From NCBI GenBank assembly GCA_965153355.1, contig OZ231126.1, forward strand, positions 26,660,001 to 26,724,000: a stretch of 64,000 nt of DNA, written 5' to 3'. This stretch comes from Flaccisagitta enflata. Its lineage: Eukaryota. Positions 53,961 through 64,000 of the stretch are shown here, one piece after another. Below the pieces are notes generated by a model. That model was not told where the DNA came from. It saw nothing but the letters and a program-made list of their open reading frames with translations, and did not search any database. The first letter of the stretch is position 1. Each line of letters begins with the position of its first letter. A program made the position numbers and the translations under genes.

Positions 53961-55307
53961 ATTTATATTTGAATATTCATCAGTGTCATTATTGCATACA
54001 TCATATGGGGATGTGATACCATATTTATATTTCATATCTTCACCAGACACCATCTCTCTCCTTTCTATTTCCTCCAACAACTCCCTCAAATCATAACACT
54101 CGGCATCATATTGCTGTGAATCATTTGAGTGGCGAACCATTTCACCTAAGATGGTCAACGTTGACATAGTAGTTTTGGGCCTTAGCCAGATTATTTGCAA
54201 CAGGACTAATAGCGGTGTCATGATTCATTTGAAGCTCTCCTTTTTCCCTACCATCTGGGAAGGAAAGAGATGGTATGTATGTTCATGACTAAACTTGCAT
54301 AGAATGCTTACGATTCTAGGTCTTCTATGACTTAGTCTCCCAATGAAATGTCAAACTACCATAAGTTGATCTTTTGCTCATGAATCATGATTCAATCTTT
54401 TGCTCATGATTTTAGTCACTTATTATGAGAGGGTGTATTGGTAGGTCCATTTTAAGGTCCACTAAAAGGTAACCCAAATTTCTGGCTGACATGAAACTGA
54501 ACAAAAAAATTTTATGCCCATCTGTATAGCTGCTTCAGCCAGTCACACTTGTTTTTCATTCATTCTACTATTAATTTTCTTGATACGAGGTCCATTTGTA
54601 TGAACATAGCACTGTTTTCATAGGTGTTGATTCTTCGGTCAGTGTGTTGACAGATCCAATATTTATCACTGTGCATATGATCTTGTTTAATGTTTTTTAT
54701 CAAGTGATGATCAAATCTAACAAGGCCGGATACACAGCTACCCTAGTTGCATGCGGATGGGCAGGAGCAGTGCTGAAGAAGGTCACTAGGGCATCTGGGC
54801 AGGAACCATATGCTAACAGGTCGCCCAAGGGCAATATGTGGTCAGCGATACCCGTTGCCCTGCTTTGAGTGACTTAACTGGGTGCTTTCTTGGTTGGCCC
54901 TGTGATGGTGGTGGTGGTGAGGGTGGTGGTGGTTATGATGTTGGTGGTGGTGGGGTGGTGGTGAGTGGTGGTGGTGGTGGTGGTGTGGGTGGTGTCAGTG
55001 GTGGTGGTGGTGGTGGTGGTGGTGGTGGTGGTGGTGGTGGTGGTGGTGGTGGTGGTGGCAGTGTAAATGGTGGTGATGGTGCTGTGGGGGTTATATAGGT
55101 GGTAATGGTAGGTGGTGTTATACATGGTACTGTGAGGTGGTGACGTGTGTGTCTGCAGGGTGTGCCGAATTACTTTCCTCTTTCATTCATTCTCCGCCTT
55201 TTTACCTGCTGAGGGCTGTCTCTGTGTGAGAGTGTCTCGTTGCTATGTGTGTGTATCGTCGCTCTGAGTGTGTGTGTGTGTGTGTGTGTGTGTGTCTGTG
55301 TGTGTAA

Positions 55308-55397
<90 letters not shown>

Positions 55398-55432
55398 AAA
55401 TAAGTCCGTCAATCTGATAATTTTAGTTAAAT

Positions 55433-57846
55433 ACCGCTTTTGAAAATGAAATAAGACATTGTTATTTTACCCTCTAATTAGCGCCCCCTTTTGATTTGTG
55501 AGCACTCTTTTATCCTATGTCATTCACAATAAATACTTCTTTAGATATCAGAAATGCAAGATTTTATGTGATGTGTGCAACAATTTATTCTACATAAAAC
55601 TCATACAATTATCCAAATAAGAAACATTTAACTTTAAAGAAAATCTGAAAAAATACGGACATTTATATAGTGTAACGGTCTAATATCCGCTAGCCCAAAA
55701 GCTCAATTTTAAGAGTTCTGAAAAAAAAAAATTAACCCGTCTCCAAATTTTTGCATACTAGTCCTAAAAAAGGTGTAGATTAAGAATATCAACTTTATTT
55801 TACCCGATTGCGAGCCGAAAAAATTAGAAACACTTTTTTTGGCCAAAAATGGTGGTTTTTTGAGATAAACAGCATGAAGATACATCTCTGAAGAGGTAAC
55901 ATGCCCTGGTATTGATAAATAATCATCTGCTGAATATTTGTGAGAAATTTCACGAAATTTTGTCAACGTTAAGATGCCTAAAATGCATTATTAAACTCCA
56001 AAAATAAAAAAAATCAGCCTTGATGAAAAGATAATGTCTAAAAGAGCTCATGGGATGTTAGAAATCATGAAAATATACTTCCCCACAAATTTTCAGGCAT
56101 ACCTGATGAATATTGGACGAATTATAACCAAAAAATCAAATTACAACAATATGCAAATGAGCTTTTGGGCGAAAATTGCTAAAAACCCACAAAATCGTTG
56201 TTTCTTGCCAAAATATGATGGTTATAGCTCTGTTAACCTTCTTAAAACCTAGCAAGCTTTCTTTTTATTTATCTAAGCAATTTTTGCTCAAAAACTCATT
56301 TTTGTATTGTAGTAATTTGGTTTTTTGGTTATAATTCGTCCAATATTCATCAATTGTGCCTGAAAGTTTGTGGGGAAGTATATTTTTATGATTTCTAACA
56401 TCTGTGAGCTCTTTTGGACATTATCTTTTTATCAAGTCTGATTTTTGATTTTGAGTTTAATAATGCATTTTAGGCATCTTAACGTTGACAAAATTTCGTG
56501 AAATTTCTCACAAATATTCAGCAGATGATTACATGCCACAGGGCATGTATCTTCAGAGATGTATCTTCATGCTGTTTATCTCAAAAACCACAATTTTTAA
56601 AAAAAAATATTTCTATTAACAGCTTAATAAGCAAAACAAGCTGAATTTTCTACCTTTTTTAGGACTAGTATGCAAAAATTTGGAGACGGGTTAATTTTTT
56701 TTTTTTTTAAAGGGTTTTGGGCTAGCGGATATTAGACCGTAAGCTTCCATTACATACACATACATACCTAATATATGGTTTTTTGAAACGCTATCAAAAT
56801 TCCTCAGGTATATACTTTTTACTAAATGTGTCATATTTCTTCTATTTAAAACAAAATTTTAAGTGTATTTTAAAAAAATATATAAAAAATATTTTAGGGG
56901 AAGGGTATTGTTAGAGCTGTCCTCTGGCATTGATCGGGACCATCAACTCAGCCCAATTTTGGTTAAAATTACCTAACTGAAAAAAAGGAACCAGGGTGTC
57001 CATATCCCCAGCTGAGCCCCTTTATCCTAATTAGGGGGGTGGGAGAAAGGTGAATTTTTACTAAAATTGGTTAAGGTTATAATTACTTCTTAGTGATTAA
57101 AGGGAAAAAGCCTTCATCTTCACAAGAAGATATATCATGGGATGATAGGTCACCATGAGGGGTAAAAGGTTTTGTACATGTCCATGAAAATTAATAAAAA
57201 TTGATATAATTAATATAATTTGATATAATAACAAACCATTCAGCTTCTGGTCATCAGTTGGTGTCCTGTACCCAAAAAAAGGGTTTCGCCCCATATATAC
57301 ATATATATTTAAAATACACATGTATATATTCACCAAGACCCAAGTACAGGTGAGGCACACCTTGAAGGTGTCCTTCACTGCATGGTTTGTAGAATATAGA
57401 AATCATCAGGAACACGCCATGACATCAAAAAGAATATCATGAGTTTTCCCAATTATTTTCAAAATTCTTTATTATAGGAAAAAATCTTTTTTAAAAAAAT
57501 ATATTAGGTATAATAATTAAAACTATAGTAAAACCTAGAAGGTGTTTGGCTATGGTCTGCGACAAGTGGGTCAAAAGATTCTCATAGCCTCCCACCAATA
57601 CTGTTCTCTGAAAAATATTAAAAAACATTAGAGAAATGTTGGAAGATAATAATGTGTCAGAGTACCTTTTTTGTTTGTTTTTTGTTGAAGCTTTTATAAA
57701 AACACTGAAACAAGCACAACTTTTCTATTTTCAAAGATTATTTGCTTCTCTCAAATTATTCATCTTCTTTCAAATCATTTTTCTGAGAAACAAAAAGAGG
57801 AGGGGGGCGCTAATTGGAGGGGGGGCGATAAATGGAAAAAATACGG
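55433..57846. mobile_element. TA-TSD DNA element (CCG...CGG ends) specific to copy B
   Basis: Copy A reads TTAGTTAAATACACGCAA (13457-13474); copy B reads TTAGTTAAATA|CCG...TACGG|TACACGCAA. Subterminal AATTAGCGCCCCC is mirrored at both ends. Confidence 0.75.
55676..56739. mobile_element. 1.06-kb fold-back element with TAA TSD (PIF/Harbinger-type)
   Basis: TAA|CGGTCTAATATCCGCTAGCCCAAAA ... TTTTGGGCTAGCGGATATTAGACCG|TAA; ~480-bp inverted arms. Confidence 0.85.
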
Positions 57847-58341
57847 TACACGCAAATCTATAATAAGGTTTGTCCGTCCATTTGTCCGTCTGTTGGTCCG
57901 ATGGTTCGTCGGTAATGATCAAGTCAAAAAGTGGAAACACATGTGTTTTAGATACTTTTTTATAGGTGTGTGTGAGGGGGGGGGATGTGGATGGGGTTTG
58001 GACGCCCCTACCCACCCATCCGCAAAGATATTGTGACCCTGCGTCACTCTCTCCCTCACCCACTCTCCTTTCCCCTCCCATTTTTCCCAAAAAGCGCTAA
58101 TCCAAGTTGAAATATTTTTCTTTTCTCTGCTGGGAGGGGAAGTTTTAAGGCCTACGTTTTGAAATGCAAGTGTACACGCTAATTTCATAATAACAAAAAA
58201 TCAAGATTTTGATGGTTGGAGAGGATTTCAACATTGATTAGTATTTGGCGGATCTTAACTGTCACCCTTCATTCAATTGTCAAATTGTCAGTCTCAGTCA
58301 CTTATCTCTCAGTATCTCCGTCTCTATCTGTCACTCTCTCA

Positions 58342-58496
<155 letters not shown>

Positions 58497-58752
58497 ACAG
58501 CTACACAAATATACAGATAGCGAAATGGACAGACAGACGAACAGACACGGAAGTTCGGACAGTGAGAACGACAGTGATGGTCACTGGGACAAACAGAAAC
58601 AGCTACAGCAAGAAAAATATTTATAGAATGTCAGGTAAAAGAAATAAACAGCTCTAGGCTAAATTCTAAATGAAAGTAAGGCGCGCTGATATTGGATAAA
58701 AACGTAAGAGATGATGGAGGAATTTTTCTCCCTCTTTTTTCCCCTGGTTCCG

Positions 58753-59038
58753 TTTTTCGATGCGTCCTCGCATCTCTATAAGAGGGTCTGTCCGTCCCTC
58801 CGTCCGTTGGTCCGTCCGTCTGTCCATTGGTCCGTCCGTTACGCAAGTGCGAAAACCGCGTTTCTTGGCTGTTTTTGGCCATAGTGAGATCCAAGGATCA
58901 ACCAACATGTTTTGAGAGCCTCCTTTGTTACTTAGTCATTTCACCCGTCTGTTTGTCCATTGGTCTCTCGATTTATGTCACATGATCAATGCACGCAGAG
59001 ACACAGCCCGGACGCATCGTTGCCTGGTCGGGCTTGAT
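58753..59038 (+). mobile_element. HINE family D, complete
   Basis: TTTTT, subTIR CGATGCGTCC (58758-58767), (GTCC)n, inverse GGACGCATCG (59010-59019), GCCTG-GT-CGGGC hairpin, TTGAT. The empty site CCGTTTTTCAGATC is at 14384-14397. Confidence 0.88.
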
Positions 59039-61464
59039 CAGATCTTTTTTACAGGAGATCATTTCTCAAAAATTTACAAAATAGTGACAATTGACATTAT
59101 TCCCTCCTGTCAAAGTGCCGATGACAATTGAAACTTTCTCCCGCCATTGACAATTGACATGTCTTCTGATAGACAGGATGACAACCTGCCCGTGATGTCA
59201 AGTATATTTGGAGCCACGCGGTTGCCCGGCCCCTTTGACTTAGAATTAGATCTTAGTCTTACCACAACTTTTCGAGGGACACATAAGTGCGACTTTTTCC
59301 TCAGATCAATCCAAAATTCAAACTCAACACCTCCCCCCTTCCCCAATTAAAAGAATATGTGGGTGGACAGCTGGGGTGGGGATAATCATGTGGAAGGCCT
59401 TCCACGCATTTGGGAAGGGGCTGAAACAAACGCAGAACGTATTGAAATATTGAATTGATTTGTATTTTATGCACGATAAGCGTTTGAAAAAAGATGCTCG
59501 TCATTTGTCAATTGAGTTTCATAGACTATGACAAGGACCGGTTCTTGTTTTCCATTATAAAAAATCTGTTACGTAATGTAATCTGAATTATGAGCCAGTA
59601 CAAAACAATTTAAGATTAGAACTTTGTTTTAGACGAAATCATGCGAGCGATATCAATTTGCTACCGACTGGATGTCCGATACCTGAAAATACTTGACTAA
59701 GTGGGTTGGAAAATTCTCTGAATATTTCTAAATGCGGATTTTTTTTTATTACACCGGTCACGTCGGTCCATTATCAATAACAACGCCCCGTCAGGTCGTC
59801 CACCATTTCTTTACCTACGTCTATGTTGGACAATGATATACATTTCCGAATCACAGATTTAGCTAGAACCACTGCCCCTGCCCATCAACGTCCAACGATC
59901 TGCCCATGATTCACATGGAACTAAGTTTCTCATGACTAAGTTCATCTTATTTGACGCGGGTATTGAGGAATTATGAGGGAATTGAAGGATGAATTTAACA
60001 GGGAATTTCTGAATGTAGAGAAGTTCAAAGGCGGCTCGAACTGTCCAGAACAAGTAACGCGAGGTTACAAAATAATCGCGGATGGGTTGGCAGGGGCCTA
60101 CCACTCCCATCCACCCCCCTCCCCCGAACATGCACATACAGGGGTGAAGTGCACGTTTCTGTTCAACGTGTTCTTTATGGACGGATCAATGCACCAACGG
60201 ACCAACGGACCAACGGACCAACGGACTGGGTGGACAAAGCCTCTTATAGATAGAGTCGCGAGTCCGCGACTAAAAACTCTGAAAACCCACTGGCATTGTC
60301 AATCGCCCGCATAATGCCTAGAAAAACGAGGTACAAATAATAGCCAACCCAGAATGACAACGACGGCAAAAAAAAAAACCTGTGGCGGTCTTCCCACACA
60401 CAGAAAATACCGCTCATCATACTGGACTCAGAACAACCGCGTCTTCAAACATAATCCCATCCTCCGTCTTAAAGCTGCTAAACGTCCACAAGTCCCCAAA
60501 GTGGGCTTTGACCTATTTGACTCCGCGATGAGACCGCCTTCTTCTTTCTTCCCTTCTTTCATCAACATCATCATCATCGGTTACTATACAGTGATTTACA
60601 GTCGCTTAGGAAGTCGCTCAGAACTCGATGATCGCCGAGGCTTAAAAAGGGCTAAACCGAGGATTAACCAACTTTCAAACGAGGAAACGTGTTCCCCGGA
60701 GAGCGAATTCCAAAAAGATCGGAGAGCGGACAGCCTTGGAAAGAAGAAATCGATGGAAACTCATTCATTCATTCATTTCTCTGTCGTACTTTTTCTTTGA
60801 TCGATCCTTACTCATCGTTTGTAATCGTTGGCGCTCATCATGATGGACTCCACCTTAACTCGTCAGTCCACGTCAGTCCACAGTCTACCAATCGTCGTCG
60901 TCATCGCCGTCGTCCTCATCGTCGTCATCTCCGTCATCGTCATCCTTACCGTCGCGTTGCTTCGATCCGCGTATTATTGGTTTCCATCTTTGTAGTATAA
61001 TTACCTGTTTGTCTCGTTTACATATAATCCGACTGATCCGGGATCATCCTAAAATGATTATTTTTCTTCCATTCGTAATCCACGACGGCCCGTTTGAGGT
61101 TGGTCGTCGGTCGTCGGCCCGTCTTTGCCGTTGTTGTAAACCATTATCGACTTTTAACTTTTCTTTGTCGTTTTGTTTTCTTTTCTTTTCTTGTGTTGAT
61201 CTTTGCACATCGGTCCGTCTTTGGCTAGGCCTTGATCTACAACTTGGAATTTCTAAGGCTAAAAGCGGATCTCGCTTTGAAAAAAACTTGCCCCCTGAAG
61301 TGTTGACTGTTGTTACAGGCTCTATACGCCACCGATCATGGCGTTCTTGGTCTTGTTCGATGGAGATTTGATTTCTCTCGCCGTCGGCTTTAACTTAACA
61401 TTATTAATTTCTTCTTAGGGGCCCCTAGGGGCCCCCAAAAAAGCCCTTATTGAGATTTTTTTTT

Positions 61465-62025
61465 TGAAAAAAAAAGTGGGGTGCAATCAATAGGAAATTG
61501 TTTGATTTGCCTAGATCCAAAATCTTGTATTTTCATTTTTTTCAAAAAACTTAGAAAATTTTTATGTCGCGCGTCAGGGACTTAAAAAAAAATCACAAAA
61601 TATTTTTTTGAAAAATGGTTTTCAAAAGTGGGGTGCAATCAATAGGAAATTGTTTGATTTGCCTAGATCCAAAATCCTACATTTTCATTTTTTTTTTCAG
61701 AAAACTCAAAAAAAATTTCTGTCGCGCGTCAGGGACTTAGAAAAAAAATCACAAAATATTTTTTTGAAAAATGGTTTTTGAAAGTGGGGTGCTTTCAATA
61801 GGAAATTGTTTGATTTGCCTAGATCCAAAATCTTGTATTTTCTTTTTTTTTTTTCAAAAAACTTTGAAATTTTTTTGTATCTTGCATCAGGGACTTTGAA
61901 AAAAAAATCACAAAATATTCTTTTGAAAAATGGTTTTCAAAAATGGGGTGCAATTGATAGGAAATTGTTTTATCCGCCTAGATCCAAAACCTGTAAAATT
62001 ATTTTTTTCAAAAAATTCAAAAATT
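61465..62025. repeat. ~155-bp tandem repeat, ~3.5 copies
   Basis: TGGGGTGCAATCAATAGGAAATTGTTTGATTTGCCTAGATCCAAAATC at ~61476, 61628, 61784 and 61943. Confidence 0.9.
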
Positions 62026-62767
62026 TGATTGGGGGCGAGTTCAAAGAAAAAACAGAAAAAAAGAACGTCGGTTTTTCTTTTACTTTTTAAGTATGAAAAA
62101 GGCCGTAACTTCTAAACTATTGATGCGATTGTCCTGAAATTTGAAATACTAGCTGACGTCATGCTTCTCGACATACGTGCTAAAAATCTCGATTGTGAAC
62201 TGTCGTAAAGTTGGGCGCACTTCTTTGCCTACTTTGGCGTTGTCGTGGATACTTTCTTTCCTTTGACTTACACTTGTCATTGGTCGTTTCGTTCTTATAT
62301 ATATATATATATATATATATGTCTAATGTCTAAATCACAAAATTCATTCATTCTCAAACAGCATACATTCGAAGAAAAAAACTGTTCATTTATGGAGGGC
62401 GCATCGTTGGTCTACTTGCTCTTGTTTCTAATTTTAAATGCCTCATCGACTTTGGACGCCGATATGCGATTCATGCTGCCGCTAATCGCGCGTCTGGGGA
62501 AAACCATGCAACTCAAACTGATCATGTCGTGTACACCGTCGAATATTCCATGAAGTAATCCTCTATTCTATCCATTAATCAATCGAGCCATAAAACAAGG
62601 ACGGCTTAAGACATAAGATATATTCATGTTGATAATAAAAAGTACATTAGAAAACATGTTCAACACGAAAAATTGCTATATGTAACTAGTGACTAAGGAG
62701 ATTAGTTTGACTTTGAGGAGTATTTGTCATTACATGAATCAATCAGCTCGAGAGTTGGAATGTGTAG

Positions 62768-62857
62768 TTAGACTCCGTTGAGGCTCAACTTGTCCTGGAA
62801 GTCCATGTTACCAATCACAGCACAGAACTCCTCGAAACCAATTCGTCCGTCGCCATC
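62768..62857 (-). CDS. CanB: Calcineurin subunit B, last coding exon (EF-hand 4 and C-terminus)
   Basis: After a CAG acceptor: DGDGRIGFEEFCAVIGNMDFQDKLSLNGV*, matching the canonical DGDGRISFEEFCAVVG of calcineurin B. Confidence 0.93.
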   Translation of the reverse strand, partial: DGDGRIGFEEFCAVIGNMDFQDKLSLNGV

Positions 62858-62871
62858 CTGTACAATATGAT

Positions 62872-62957
<86 letters not shown>

Positions 62958-62966
62958 TATCATCAC

Positions 62967-63060
<94 letters not shown>

Positions 63061-63189
63061 GTAATCATAATCATAATCATAAATTCATAATCATCATCAT
63101 CATCGTCATCGTCATCGTCATCGTCATCATCATCATCATGATCAACGTCATCATCATCATCATAAACATCATCATCTGCGTGTCCTCAC

Positions 63190-63325
63190 TTTGTCGTGAA
63201 TCATGATGGTTTTGTCGACGACTTGTTGCAGTTGCGTGTCTTTGAGGTTGTTGCCGACCATCGCTTTGAGGACGCGGAACAGCTCGCCGTTCGTGATGTA
63301 ACCGTCTTTATCGATATCGTAGATC
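63190..63325 (-). CDS. CanB: Calcineurin subunit B, internal exon (EF-hand 3)
   Basis: [66 protein letters not shown] is diagnostic, and the phases join correctly with both neighbouring exons. Confidence 0.95.
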
Positions 63326-63409
63326 CTGAGTGAGTCAGTGAGTGAGTGAGTGAGTGAGTGAGTGAGTGAGTGAGTGAGAGAGAGATTTTAACACCCCCGC
63401 GCGCACAGG

Positions 63410-63531
<122 letters not shown>

Positions 63532-63601
63532 GTGAATGTGTATGTGCCTGTGTCTGTGTGTGCTTTAGCGTGTTAGTCGCAAAAAAGGAATGACTTATTA
63601 C

Positions 63602-63747
63602 TTGAAAGCGAAAGCGAGTTTTTGTGCTTTGTCAGCTTTGTTGGCGACTTGGGCCAGTCCGTCGATGAATTCCTTGAAGTCCAATTCTCCGTCGCCGTTC
63701 GCATCGAAAACGTCCACAACTCGACGGACCAAAGGATTCTCCGCAAT
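63602..63747 (-). CDS. CanB: Calcineurin subunit B, internal exon (EF-hand 2); upstream exons lie beyond the window
   Basis: TCCTTCCAG|IAENPLVRRVVDVFDANGDGELDFKEFIDGLAQVANKADKAQKLAFAF-AA|GTAAT. Confidence 0.93.
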
Positions 63748-64000
63748 CTGGAAGGAATGGAGAGACTCTGGTTAACATTACTTTGCCATCAAGAATGTCC
63801 ACAACTCGACGCACCAAAGGATTTTCGGCAATCTGGAAGGAATGGGGAGACTCTGGTCAGCATAGCTCTGCTATCGAGAACGTCTTCAACACGCCGAAGC
63901 AGCTTCTCTTGTAGCGGTAGTTGAAGGGGAAAATCTAGGGTATGAAAAACTTCCTCAACACGACCGTCCGCATCTCTTGAAAGAGAATGTCTATTAATCG

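Noticed and set aside
59110-59350. ORFs in the conserved duplicated block as a protein-coding exon
   Set aside because: The paralogue has a 1-nt indel (~14583) and an in-frame stop (~14618), and there is no recognisable domain.

Overview
Repeat-dense eukaryotic (animal, most likely invertebrate) genomic DNA, not prokaryotic. The only confidently recognisable host gene is the 3' half of a calcineurin B (PP2B regulatory subunit) gene at the right edge (minus strand, three GT-AG exons, 62768-63747). The rest is mostly mobile DNA. It includes a near full-length but disrupted CR1/L2-group LINE (~16.8-24.3 kb) nested in a TA-TSD DNA element and itself interrupted by a satellite-bearing Helentron-type insertion. 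It also includes a decayed Ty3/Gypsy pol (50.1-53.75 kb, minus), many non-autonomous Helentron-type elements (HINE/DINE-like) carrying microsatellites or 21-bp tandem arrays, numerous fold-back MITEs, a ~163-bp satellite, and long microsatellites. A local segmental duplication (~12.8-16.1+24.4 kb versus ~54.9-60.4 kb) provides filled/empty site pairs for several insertions. The most intriguing item is an intact 125-aa single-pass membrane ORF (49594-49971). It lies antisense and tail-to-tail to the Gypsy integrase and has a FAST-fusogen-like motif layout. Most ORFs in the supplied track are microsatellite artefacts. All family assignments come from motifs and structure read by eye; no database searches were run.
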